Positions 35,762 to 44,980 of a DNA stretch of 64,000 nucleotides are shown here, piece by piece; position 1 is the stretch's first letter; every line of letters begins with the position of its first letter. The DNA lies in NCBI GenBank assembly GCA_003660975.1, contig QMVG01000001.1:32001-96000 (forward strand), read 5' to 3'. The translations under genes were made by a program, and so were the position numbers. This stretch comes from Candidatus Micrarchaeota archaeon. GTDB lineage: Archaea; B1Sed10-29; B47-G15. Under the pieces are notes generated by a model that worked only from the letters and a program-made list of their open reading frames with translations, did no database searches and was not told the origin of the DNA.

Positions 35762-37224
35762 GGGGTAATATGTTTAATTTCAGCATAGAGGATGCAAATG
35801 TTGTTATGAGGGTGTTTGGGCAGGTAATGATGTATTTTTCTCTTGCTTTTGTTTTTCCTCTGGCTGTGGCCTTGCTGTATGGAGAAGGATTGAAAGGAGT
35901 TTTTATGTATGCCCTTCCAGCTATGCTGTCTTTTTTTCTCGGCTTCTGCATTTACAAATGCATTAAAAGCAAAGTAGAGGTAAAGAGCATACATGCAATG
36001 ACTGCTATAACACTTATATGGATAGTCCTGCCTCTAATAGGTGCTCTGCCTCTCGCTTATTATGGTTTGGACTATGTAGATGCGTACTTTGAAAGCGTGT
36101 CTAGCCTAACCACTACAGGCCTAACAGTTATCAACTCGCCAGACGTTCTGCCAAAAAGCATCATATTCTGGAGAAGTTTTGAAGGTTGGATAGGAGGAGC
36201 AGGCATAGTGGTGCTCGCTCTGATAGGTATATTTCATTATGTCAGTGCAGCTCGGCTTATGGAGGCAGAGGGCAGGGAAGACAGGTTAAGACCTAGCATA
36301 CTGCATACTGTTAAGAGAATCTGGTGGATTTACGGCATATTGACAGGAATAGGTGTTATTCTTTTGCTCTCCTCCCACCTCTCTGTTTTTGATGCTGTGA
36401 ATTACTCTATGAGTGCCATAAGCACAACAGGCACACAAATGAAAAATGAGGGAATTATGGGGCTCAACAATTTAGGCATGGAAGTGGCCCTTATGGTAAT
36501 CATGGTAATGGGTGCGATGTCATTTGCGGTTCACCACAGATTCCTGAGCGGAGACATAAAAGCGTATTTCAAAGACGTTGAGGTGAAAACCTTTTTTGTT
36601 TTCGCTGTTCTAGGCATTCTACTACTTATTCCGTCATTTTCAAGCATAAGCTATTACGGAAATCAAGCCCTGAGACACGCCTCATTCTATACGATAAGTG
36701 CCCTCACAGCAGGGGGCTTTGAGTCCATGCCTAGAGGTTTGTTCAATGACTATAGCAAGTTAATACTCTCCATATTGATGTTCATAGGTGGAGCTGCTGG
36801 TTCAACTGCTGGAGGTATCAAATTAATAAGGGCATATGCCTTCCTTAAGATAATCTATTGGCGCATTAAGAGCATGACACTTCCAAGCAACGCTTATTTC
36901 CCAAAGAAAATAGCTGGTCAGGAAATTAATGAAAAGCAAATGGGTTTCATAACAACGTTTATAATATTGTATTTCATAGCTATAATAATAGGCAGCATTG
37001 TCATAATGCTGACTGTTCCAAATGCAAGTGCAATGGACGCTGTGTTTGAAGTCACCAGTGCACAAGGCAATGCAGGTATCAGCATTGGCATAACATCGGC
37101 AAACATATCCAAGATTGCTAAAATTAGCCTTTGTGCTAATATGATTGTGGGCAGGATAGAGATAATACCTTTGATGGCTGCTCTTGCATTTATACTGAAA
37201 ATCAAAGTAAGGAGGAATAGATGA
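35758..37224 (+). CDS. trkH: Trk system potassium uptake protein
   Basis: FESVSSLTTTG, STTG, GGAAGSTAGGIK, SAQGNAG, GRIEI. Confidence 0.93.
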   Translation: MRGNMFNFSIEDANVVMRVFGQVMMYFSLAFVFPLAVALLYGEGLKGVFMYALPAMLSFFLGFCIYKCIKSKVEVKSIHAMTAITLIWIVLPLIGALPLAYYGLDYVDAYFESVSSLTTTGLTVINSPDVLPKSIIFWRSFEGWIGGAGIVVLALIGIFHYVSAARLMEAEGREDRLRPSILHTVKRIWWIYGILTGIGVILLLSSHLSVFDAVNYSMSAISTTGTQMKNEGIMGLNNLGMEVALMVIMVMGAMSFAVHHRFLSGDIKAYFKDVEVKTFFVFAVLGILLLIPSFSSISYYGNQALRHASFYTISALTAGGFESMPRGLFNDYSKLILSILMFIGGAAGSTAGGIKLIRAYAFLKIIYWRIKSMTLPSNAYFPKKIAGQEINEKQMGFITTFIILYFIAIIIGSIVIMLTVPNASAMDAVFEVTSAQGNAGISIGITSANISKIAKISLCANMIVGRIEIIPLMAALAFILKIKVRRNR

Positions 37225-37874
37225 TGTATATTATAATAATTGGTGCTGGAAAGGTTGGCTACCACCTGACAAAAATTCTATTAGAAGAGGGACATGATGT
37301 AGTAGTCGTTGACAAGGATGGTGATGTTTGTCATGAAATCGCCACTGAGCTGGAGTGTGTTACTATAAGGGGCGACGGCACTAAACCGAGAATTTTAGAG
37401 GAAGCAGGCATATATGAAGCAGATGCCATTGTTACATTAACTGGCTCTGATGAGACAAACTTAATCGCATCCTTGACAGCAAAGCAGATGGGCGCCAAGT
37501 ATGTAGCTACAAGATTGGGAGCACTGCATTACGATGAAGAGATACTAAAAAAGCTAGGTCTTGACCTTGTCATATATCCTGAAGCAGCTGCTGCAGGATA
37601 CATAGCAGAGCTGATTACCAAACCAGATGTTTTGGACCTGGCTTTCATAAGCAGGGGAGATGCTGAAATACTTGAGCTGGAAGTGAAACCAAAGTCGAAG
37701 ATTGCTGGCAAGGAGATCTCTGAAATAGAGCAACCCCAAGGCACAGCAATCATTGCGATAATTGAAAAGGGGCGGCTTGTAATACCAAAGCCTAGCAGAA
37801 AGATAAAGGCAGGAGACAAAGTATTAATACTGGCAAAAAAAGAAAAGGTCAAAGAAATAAAGAAGATGATATGA
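37221..37874 (+). CDS. trkA: Trk system NAD-binding regulatory subunit
   Basis: IIGAGKVG RCK-N plus RCK-C domain. Confidence 0.93.
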   Translation: MMYIIIIGAGKVGYHLTKILLEEGHDVVVVDKDGDVCHEIATELECVTIRGDGTKPRILEEAGIYEADAIVTLTGSDETNLIASLTAKQMGAKYVATRLGALHYDEEILKKLGLDLVIYPEAAAAGYIAELITKPDVLDLAFISRGDAEILELEVKPKSKIAGKEISEIEQPQGTAIIAIIEKGRLVIPKPSRKIKAGDKVLILAKKEKVKEIKKMI

Positions 37875-37886
37875 AGCAAGAACAGG

Positions 37887-38351
37887 GTGGTAGAAGAAAT
37901 GACAGATAGAATTTTGTTTGATGCAAAAATAGGAAACTGGGTCTGTATAAAAAAAGGCATAATTGACCAAGACACAGAGGCAATGGAAGTGGCCCGCTTG
38001 CTGGCGAGCATTCATGACTCAATGGACAGAAAGATATGGGAGTTTGTGGGAAAAGAGATTAACACAGAGGAGTTAGATAAAATAGCTTATGAAATAACAG
38101 GTGCCACATACAACGAAAAGAAGAAAAGCTGGGAGCTTAAAGGAAGGAAAACTGAGCAGCAAATTGCCTCTGCCCTTGCAAAGCTAAACTCTCCTGCAAC
38201 CACAAGAAAAATAAATGTAAAGGGAAAGCAAGCCCTTGAAATAGCAAAAGCGTATTTAACAAGAAAAGTACTTACTTTGCTTGGTTTCAGGATAGAGCTG
38301 GACCCAAAGATAGTAGAGAAATATATAGAGGAAAAGTCAAAATTAGCATGA
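37887..38351 (+). CDS. Conserved archaeal protein (DUF2666-like)
   Basis: ILFDAKIGNWVCIKK...EVARLLASI...KI pattern. Confidence 0.6.
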   Translation: MVEEMTDRILFDAKIGNWVCIKKGIIDQDTEAMEVARLLASIHDSMDRKIWEFVGKEINTEELDKIAYEITGATYNEKKKSWELKGRKTEQQIASALAKLNSPATTRKINVKGKQALEIAKAYLTRKVLTLLGFRIELDPKIVEKYIEEKSKLA

Positions 38352-38356
38352 TTTTT

Positions 38357-38431
38357 GGGGCTATAGGGTAGTCTGGTCCATCCTCCCGGCTTTGGGAGCC
38401 GGGGACCCCAGTTCAAATCTGGGTAGCCCCA
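38357..38431 (+). tRNA. tRNA-Pro(TGG)
   Basis: Acceptor GGGGCTA/TAGCCCC; anticodon arm CCGGC-TTTGGGA-GCCGG. Confidence 0.95.
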
Positions 38432-38437
38432 TCATAA

Positions 38438-38522
38438 GCGGGGGTGCCGGAGCCTGGAAAACGGGCAGGACTTAAGATCCTGTGGCTTAGTGCCTACGAG
38501 GGTTCAAATCCCTTCCCCCGCA
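38438..38522 (+). tRNA. tRNA-Leu(TAA)
   Basis: Acceptor GCGGGGG/CCCCCGC; anticodon arm CAGGA-CTTAAGA-TCCTG; long variable arm. Confidence 0.95.
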
Positions 38523-38537
38523 TAGGCAGGAATTTTT

Positions 38538-39377
38538 ATGAAGCTTATCTACTCCAAGAAATGTGAGGAATATTGGTCTGAAGGCCACCCAGAATCACCT
38601 GATAGGACTAGGATAATCCACGAGCACTTGAAGGAAAAGGGCTTCAGTTTCACAGAGCCAAAGCAAGCAAGTGATAGAGACATCTTGAAAGCACATAGTA
38701 AGAGCTTGATAGAAAGCATAAAAAATAACAGTTTTTTTGACTATGACACGCCCAACATAGAAAATATTTATAACTATGCAAAACTATCGGCAGGGGCTGC
38801 TATCACAGCTGCGAAGCTCAGTAAGGATGAATTTGCTTTTTCTCTCATGAGACCACCAGGTCATCACGCTGGAAAGAACAGCCTTGGCGGTTTTTGTTAC
38901 CTAAACAATATCGCCATTGCTATAAAGGGCTTAGGGGAAAGGGCTGCAATACTGGATATAGACCTACACCACGGCAATGGAACGCAGGACATTTTTATGA
39001 GAGATAAAAATGTCTTGTATGTCTCCCTCCACAGGGGAGATATCTATCCTGGCACAGGCCATGAGAGCATTGAAAATTGTATCAATTACCCTTTTTACGA
39101 AAGAGTTGGAGAGAAGGAATACTTAAGAACAGTTGATGAAGCAATAAAAAAGATTAAGGAATTTAATGCTAAAGTAATAGGCATCTCCCTGGGCTTTGAC
39201 ACATATAAAAAGGAATTTCTGGCAGGTGACAGGGGCATGAACTTAGAGCTCTCAACATACAAGGAAATAGCAAAAAGGATAAAGCAATTGGAAATTCCAA
39301 GCTTTGCTGTATTGGAGGGAGGATACCATGAGGATCTCGGTCTTTGCGCAGAGAAGTTTTTGGAGGTTTGGGAATGA
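38538..39377 (+). CDS. Histone deacetylase superfamily protein (AcuC/HDAC-like)
   Basis: HPESPDR, RPPGHHA, GFCYLNN, DIDLHHGNGTQ, LEGGY. Confidence 0.93.
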   Translation: MKLIYSKKCEEYWSEGHPESPDRTRIIHEHLKEKGFSFTEPKQASDRDILKAHSKSLIESIKNNSFFDYDTPNIENIYNYAKLSAGAAITAAKLSKDEFAFSLMRPPGHHAGKNSLGGFCYLNNIAIAIKGLGERAAILDIDLHHGNGTQDIFMRDKNVLYVSLHRGDIYPGTGHESIENCINYPFYERVGEKEYLRTVDEAIKKIKEFNAKVIGISLGFDTYKKEFLAGDRGMNLELSTYKEIAKRIKQLEIPSFAVLEGGYHEDLGLCAEKFLEVWE

Positions 39378-40027
39378 TTATAGTGTTTGAAGGTATAGAT
39401 GGCTCTGGAAAAAGCACCCAATTGAAGCTTTTAAAAAATAAGCTCGAATCAAATGGCAAAGAAGTAAAGGTTTACAAGTTTCCAACACACCAAAACAGCA
39501 GGATTGGGCAGATGATTGATAAATACCTAAGGGGAGAGATGGGAAGCATAAAGCAGATCCCGCCTGAACTGCCCAGCTTGTTGTATGCAGCTGATAGGTA
39601 TCAGTTTAAGTACTTGTTTGAAAAGGAGAGGAAAGATTACATAATACTGCTTGACAGATACTACATTTCAAATTTGGCTCACCAAGGAGGAAAGTTTAAA
39701 GGCAAGGAGAGAGAGGAAATGTTGGCGTGGTTGGAAAACCTTGATGCAAGGATGCCACAGCCTGATTTAGTGCTCATATTTGACATAAGCCCTGAAAAGG
39801 CGATTGAGTTAATTGAAAGGAAAAAAAGAAGAGAATATCTTAATGAGAAAAAGAAAGACATTCACGAAGAGGATATAGAACACCTTAGGAACACGAGGGA
39901 GACATATCTTGAACTGGCAAGCATGAAAGATTGGCCTGTTATAAATCTGCTTGATGAAAAGGGCAAGATAAAAAGCATTGAGGAAATTGCTGATGAAGTG
40001 TGGAAAATTGTTTCTGCGTACTTGTAA
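39374..40027 (+). CDS. tmk: Thymidylate kinase
   Basis: IVFEGIDGSGKST, LYAADR, LDRYYISNLAHQ; ATGA overlap with the HDAC stop. Confidence 0.93.
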   Translation: MIIVFEGIDGSGKSTQLKLLKNKLESNGKEVKVYKFPTHQNSRIGQMIDKYLRGEMGSIKQIPPELPSLLYAADRYQFKYLFEKERKDYIILLDRYYISNLAHQGGKFKGKEREEMLAWLENLDARMPQPDLVLIFDISPEKAIELIERKKRREYLNEKKKDIHEEDIEHLRNTRETYLELASMKDWPVINLLDEKGKIKSIEEIADEVWKIVSAYL

Positions 40028-40028
40028 T

Positions 40029-40102
40029 GCTTCGGTAGCTCAGCTTGGTAGAGCGCGTGCTTGGTAAGCACGAGGTCGCGGGTTCAAATCCCGTCCGAAG
40101 CT
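40029..40102 (+). tRNA. tRNA-Thr(GGT)
   Basis: Acceptor GCTTCGG/CCGAAGC; anticodon arm CGTGC-TTGGTAA-GCACG. Confidence 0.95.
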
Positions 40103-40141
40103 TTTTTAATATTATTGCACATTAGTATAGTGGTGAAAAAA

Positions 40142-40783
40142 ATGGCAAGGAAAATGGCAAGCAAAATAACTGTTAAGGTAAGTGAAAAAACATTCAGAAA
40201 ATTAAGGGCTGGCAGAAATATCTCAGAACAGGTAAGGGCTGCTTTGGAAAGGTTGAAAGAAATAGGGCCTGAAGAGCTTAAAAGAATGACAGAAGGCGCA
40301 GTGGGAAAGGAAAAGATAACTGTGAAGCTTCCTGAAGAAGAGTACGCCATGCTCAAGAGCCTTTCAGAGGAAACTGGAATGACTGTCTCAGCGATAGTCA
40401 GGGCGCTGTTAAATAAAAAAGAAGAAAGCACAGGCAGAAAAGAGGTTAAAGCAAGACATAAAAGAGGCAAAGAGGAGATATACGAGGAGATAATAGAAAA
40501 ACTCAATGAGCTAAAGCAATTAGAGGCTATTGAGAAAAGGAAAAAGGAAGGAAGGCCTGTTTTTGTTATAGAGGAGAAAAAGCAACCAAGCCTTGAAGAT
40601 TACAAGGCAGTTGAGAACAGCTTAAAAAAATGGGAGGAGTCACTGTCTAAAAAGAAAAGGCTGAGCAGGCGAGAAGAGCAAGTGCTTGAAATGCTGAGAG
40701 ACCCTGAAAAAAGAGCTGAGCTGGTAAGGCGCAATATAAAGGCAAGGTTAAGGGGAAGAAGTGGGAAGAAAATTGTTTACTGA
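40142..40783 (+). CDS. Tandem ribbon-helix-helix (CopG-like) protein with charged tail
   Basis: KITVKVSE...ISEQVRAAL and KITVKLPEE...VSAIVRALL; the ORF-track start overlaps the tRNA. Confidence 0.75.
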   Translation: MARKMASKITVKVSEKTFRKLRAGRNISEQVRAALERLKEIGPEELKRMTEGAVGKEKITVKLPEEEYAMLKSLSEETGMTVSAIVRALLNKKEESTGRKEVKARHKRGKEEIYEEIIEKLNELKQLEAIEKRKKEGRPVFVIEEKKQPSLEDYKAVENSLKKWEESLSKKKRLSRREEQVLEMLRDPEKRAELVRRNIKARLRGRSGKKIVY

Positions 40784-41518
40784 TTGATATAAGTATGGGA
40801 CCACGATATGCCCGCTTTTTAGGTCTCCGAATACTTTGCTCTTTTTCCCTCCCCAGTACCAATGGAAATAAGCGAGGTAATTGCATAGAAGAGCATCAAG
40901 CAGGTCCTCTTCATTCTTAAGAGACCTGCCAATTGCCTTGCTTTCTTTCAAAAGCTCTTTTGGGACAGTAAAGGGGGGCTCGCTGTCTGCCAAAGAGGCC
41001 AGTGCTTTTTTATACTTATCTAATTCCTTCCACCTATATTCATACGTCCTTCCCTTTCTGGCCTTATATTCAAGAATTTTATCCAAAGAAAACAGCTCAA
41101 CTATGGCAGGATGCGGAAAAACCTCAAAAAGGACTCTTGTTTTGGACCGTGGCTTAGCATATGGGTTTTCTTCAAATCCCTCTCTTTTTAATAACTTAAC
41201 TATTTCCTCTCCCCTAAGCTTGCCCTGGCCGTATTTTTTTAATATCTCTCTGTTCGCAGGATAGCAGCCAGCGTGTTTTGACCTGAAAAGCCTTGTGATA
41301 AGCTTGTCAACAGGTCGCGAGCCATTTGCATTGGGCACTGTGAGTGGAGCATCTATGGCAATCCAACATGCCTTGTTGCTTATTTCTTCCATTACGGTAT
41401 TAACAATCTCCTCATCTGACTTAACAAGAGCTAGCTTAACAACCTCTCCTCCTTTTGATATGCTTATACCTGTATTATTCCTCGGAGACCAAGCTAGGTC
41501 TATGCCCACAAAAAACAT
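40748..41518 (-). CDS. DUF429 family RNase H-like nuclease
   Basis: VGIDLAW, IAIDAPL, FEVFPHP, EDLLDALLC. Confidence 0.85.
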   Translation of the reverse strand: MFFVGIDLAWSPRNNTGISISKGGEVVKLALVKSDEEIVNTVMEEISNKACWIAIDAPLTVPNANGSRPVDKLITRLFRSKHAGCYPANREILKKYGQGKLRGEEIVKLLKREGFEENPYAKPRSKTRVLFEVFPHPAIVELFSLDKILEYKARKGRTYEYRWKELDKYKKALASLADSEPPFTVPKELLKESKAIGRSLKNEEDLLDALLCNYLAYFHWYWGGKKSKVFGDLKSGHIVVPYLYQSVNNFLPTSSP

Positions 41519-41560
41519 AATAATATATTAACTAAGATAGAATAAAAATAAGCCTGTAAA

Positions 41561-41635
41561 GCCGGCGTAGCTTAGCCTGGTTAGAGCGCTAGACTCATAA
41601 TCTAGAGGTCGCTGGTTCAAATCCGGCCGCCGGCA
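41561..41635 (+). tRNA. tRNA-Met(CAT), probably elongator
   Basis: Acceptor GCCGGCG/CGCCGGC; anticodon arm CTAGA-CTCATAA-TCTAG; lacks the three G-C anticodon-stem pairs of initiator tRNA. Confidence 0.9.
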
Positions 41636-41669
41636 TATTATATCTTTCTTGCAAAAGCCACTTTTGCTA

Positions 41670-41685
41670 GAAAGCTTTTTATATA
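41670..41685 (+). promoter_or_regulatory. BRE-TATA-like promoter of the surface protein operon
   Basis: GAAAGCTTTTTATATA upstream of 41740. Confidence 0.45.
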
Positions 41686-41739
41686 AAAAGCCCATCTAAA
41701 AGAACAGAGGCAATAATTAATTGGGGTAGTGGGGGTGCT

Positions 41740-42687
41740 TTGTTGAAATCCGGAAAAATATTTATTATGCTTCTTCCAATCGTCTTATTATTTATGCTGC
41801 TTTTTTTGCTGCCAACGGTAATCTCTGACACTGCAACAGCCCGTGTAGACGTGGGCAACACTGCCCCAACAATAAGCAACGTTAAGTTAATCGACTGGGG
41901 AACAGCTGATGATAACCAGATAGGAGATAGCATGACAGGGCACGAATACAACTACAGAGTGGCATGCAATTTCACAGTTACTGACATTAATGGTGTTTCT
42001 GACATAAAGGTGCCAGAGGCCAATTTAACAATAACAGGGATATATGCAGCAGACGATGCTGACGTGCACTACTCAAACAACTCGTGCATATACAATTACA
42101 CATCTGGAACAAATGAACTGACTTTCTCCTGTTTGTTTAGAATTCAGTACTATGCTGATAATGGCACGTGGAAGTGCCACGTAGCTGTGCAGGACCAAGG
42201 GGGAAGCAGAGACAATGCAACAGACACTGCAAAGCTTGTAGCTCTTACTTCTGTTGTTGTAAACACAAGCTCACCTCCTTATGACGTGCTTGACTTCGGC
42301 TCCATGGCTGCTAACTCAAATAGCAGCTCTGCCAATTCACTCAAGATAATTAATATAGGAAACACCAATTTAGACATCCAGATTTCAGGCACAAATATGA
42401 CAAATACCACATTGTCTACACATTTCTTCGTTGAAAATATAACATACAACAGAACATATTATGTAGAAACAAAAAAAGGGAGCAAAACAGCAAATCCAAA
42501 CACGGTGCCTAGACGGCTTCAAGAATCCTCATATACCTGGGACATAAACATAAGAGACAGAGATGATGCAGATTCAGACTTTACCGTAGCCAACAAGACG
42601 GCTCAGTTTAGAATAATAATACCTGCTGGCCAGACAGCTGCACTTTACAGGAACACAATAACGGTAAATGGCCAATATGGTGGTTAA
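41740..42687 (+). CDS. Secreted two-domain Ig-like glycoprotein (subunit 1)
   Basis: Signal peptide, 4 conserved Cys, many NxS/T sequons, C-terminal IPAGQxAxxYxxxIxVxG. Confidence 0.8.
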   Translation: MLKSGKIFIMLLPIVLLFMLLFLLPTVISDTATARVDVGNTAPTISNVKLIDWGTADDNQIGDSMTGHEYNYRVACNFTVTDINGVSDIKVPEANLTITGIYAADDADVHYSNNSCIYNYTSGTNELTFSCLFRIQYYADNGTWKCHVAVQDQGGSRDNATDTAKLVALTSVVVNTSSPPYDVLDFGSMAANSNSSSANSLKIINIGNTNLDIQISGTNMTNTTLSTHFFVENITYNRTYYVETKKGSKTANPNTVPRRLQESSYTWDINIRDRDDADSDFTVANKTAQFRIIIPAGQTAALYRNTITVNGQYGG

Positions 42688-42719
42688 GAATAAAAAACAT
42701 TAAATACATAGCTTAATAT

Positions 42720-44006
42720 GTGAATACAATGGATAGGTACACCCTCTTTGCTATACTCTTTTCGATAGCTTTGCTTAACAGTGCTTATTCTCTGGCGTCC
42801 AGCGTGAGCCCATCATCAATAATAATAAACAATGCTTTAAAAGGGGGCGAAATGTTTAGAGAGTTAAACGTGGGAAACCCAAACCCCATTAATGTAAATG
42901 TCTCGCTGCAAGTTAGAGGAGACATCCAAAATTTCGTGTTTTTGAATGAAACTGCTTTTGTCTTATCGCCAAGAGAAGTGAGGACAGTAAAGCTCACAAT
43001 AAAGCCATCAAAAGAGACGCCTATTGGATATTACAAAGGAGATGTGCTTGTATCAGTATCTGAAGCAGGTGCTGAAGGCCCTTCAGGCACTGGTTCTAAG
43101 ATAATGGTTGGTGTTGTTTCTCTCATTGAGGTAAACGTAACAGGTGAGGAGAGAAAAGCCATAGAAGTCCTATCAGCCAGAATAGAGAGAACAGAATGGC
43201 CGATTCCAACAACGCTGCGCTACAGGGTTCACAACACAGGAAACGTCTATGTTAAGCCATATCACGTGCTTAATATTTACAAGATAAGCCAGCTGACAGG
43301 AGTAAGAGGCAGGTTGGCAAAAACAATCAGCGCTGAAGGAGAAAGTGTTATGCCTGCAGAGTTCAAAAATATTATTGATATAGTCCCTGTCTCTGACCTG
43401 GAAGCAGACAGATATGATGTTAACCTAAAAATCTACACAGACAAGTTCTCATATGAAAGGGGAGAAAAGGCAGTGTATGATAAAAATATGAGCCTCTATA
43501 TCCTGCCAAAGGGCAGCTTGAGTATGTCTGGTGAAATAAGAGACACGTATTTGGAGTATTCAAAGGTTGGATACCCAGTCAAAGTAACTGCTGAATTTAT
43601 TAACACAGGAGATTACGCTATTTCTGTTCAGTTAATCGTTGACTTATATAAAGATGATATTCTCATGTCAAACCTGAAAAGCGAGGAGATTGATGCAAGC
43701 CCAGGAAAAGCCATAAACATAAGCTTGTATTACACTCCTTTACAGGCAGGAACATATGTACTTAAGATTAGGGCGAAATACTGGGTAAACACAGGCAGGG
43801 AGAGGATAGGAGCCAAAGAAACAGATATAATTGAAAGAAAGATTGAGGTAGAAGGAGAAGCTTTTCCTATTGTGTATGTGTCTATTGCTATAATTGTACT
43901 GCTGACATTGTCCTACTTGCTTGTAAGAAAAAAGACAAGCAAAAAAAGAGGGAAAATTGCGAAAACAAGGAAGAGAGGAAAATATTTAAATAAGAAAAAG
44001 ACATAA
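42720..44006 (+). CDS. C-terminally anchored multi-Ig protein (DUF916/PapD-like pattern), partner 1
   Basis: Signal peptide; SVSP..., LSPREVRTV, GYYKG, HNTGNV; C-terminal TM and basic tail. Confidence 0.75.
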   Translation: MNTMDRYTLFAILFSIALLNSAYSLASSVSPSSIIINNALKGGEMFRELNVGNPNPINVNVSLQVRGDIQNFVFLNETAFVLSPREVRTVKLTIKPSKETPIGYYKGDVLVSVSEAGAEGPSGTGSKIMVGVVSLIEVNVTGEERKAIEVLSARIERTEWPIPTTLRYRVHNTGNVYVKPYHVLNIYKISQLTGVRGRLAKTISAEGESVMPAEFKNIIDIVPVSDLEADRYDVNLKIYTDKFSYERGEKAVYDKNMSLYILPKGSLSMSGEIRDTYLEYSKVGYPVKVTAEFINTGDYAISVQLIVDLYKDDILMSNLKSEEIDASPGKAINISLYYTPLQAGTYVLKIRAKYWVNTGRERIGAKETDIIERKIEVEGEAFPIVYVSIAIIVLLTLSYLLVRKKTSKKRGKIAKTRKRGKYLNKKKT

Positions 44007-44023
44007 GCAGATTAGGCGAGTTT

Positions 44024-44944
44024 ATGAGAGCAAGAGCTTTTATTATTACCCTGTTTCCTTTGATTCTGATATTGCTGCTTTTCATTCAACCTTTCTTAAG
44101 TGATGTGTTGACAGCCAAGGTCAGCATAGGCAATGCCAAGCCACAAGTCACGAACGTGCATGTTGATGAAGCGCATGCTACTTCTCCTGACAATACAATA
44201 CAGATTGCTGCGCATAATTACAGGAATGAAGTTTGGTGTAATTTCACTGTTACTGATAACAACGGCGTTTCAGACATAAAAACACCAAAGGCTAACCTTA
44301 CAAGGGTGGGAACAAGCCAGTACGCTGCTGATGACAGCGATGTGCACTATTCAAACAATTCGTGCACATATAATTACACGGTCAATGGCAACACGCTTGA
44401 ATTCAGATGTATCTTTTGGGTAAGCTACTGGGCAGATAACGGAACCTGGAGTTGTAATGTCTCTGTGCCAGACAGCCAGACTGTGAACAACTCAGAATAT
44501 GACAGAGCGAATCTCAGCGGAGTCATCGGAATAGAGGTAAATGAATCTGAGATCTCATACGGAACTCTTGCTGTTGGTCAAGACAGCCCAACCTCTGTAT
44601 CAACTACTATTTACAACACAGGAAATGTAATGATAGATGTAAGGGTGAATGGAACGCATATGAATGACACACCTGCCATGACTAACCTGCTTTATGTCGG
44701 AAATCAGACATACAATATCTCAATGTATCCAGGTGCATGGGGTGGCACTGGCTCTGCACAACTGACAAGAAGTCCTGTGACAGTCAGCAACTTCAACCTT
44801 GATGATAGAGAGAGTACTGATGGTGATAGCAACCCCTTCATCATAGTAAACAAGACCTTAGAATGGAAGATTAGAATCCCTTCAGGGCAGGCATCTGGCA
44901 GCTACTCTGGAAGTGTCCAGATAGATGGTGTTTATTCACCATAA
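44024..44944 (+). CDS. Secreted two-domain Ig-like glycoprotein (subunit 2, paralog of 41740)
   Basis: Shares CNFTVTDxNGVSDIK, YAADDxDVHYSNNSC, ADNGTWxC and IPxGQ with 41740. Confidence 0.8.
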   Translation: MRARAFIITLFPLILILLLFIQPFLSDVLTAKVSIGNAKPQVTNVHVDEAHATSPDNTIQIAAHNYRNEVWCNFTVTDNNGVSDIKTPKANLTRVGTSQYAADDSDVHYSNNSCTYNYTVNGNTLEFRCIFWVSYWADNGTWSCNVSVPDSQTVNNSEYDRANLSGVIGIEVNESEISYGTLAVGQDSPTSVSTTIYNTGNVMIDVRVNGTHMNDTPAMTNLLYVGNQTYNISMYPGAWGGTGSAQLTRSPVTVSNFNLDDRESTDGDSNPFIIVNKTLEWKIRIPSGQASGSYSGSVQIDGVYSP

Positions 44945-44980
44945 GTAAGCTTTTTATTAAATAGCTCCTAAAAGATAAGC

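Noticed and set aside
40061-40141. N-terminal extension of the RHH ORF
   Set aside because: It overlaps tRNA-Thr(GGT).
41651-41667. GCAAAAG-CCA-CTTTTGC hairpin after tRNA-Met
   Set aside because: No element core and no tRNA duplicate; likely a simple terminator or chance palindrome.
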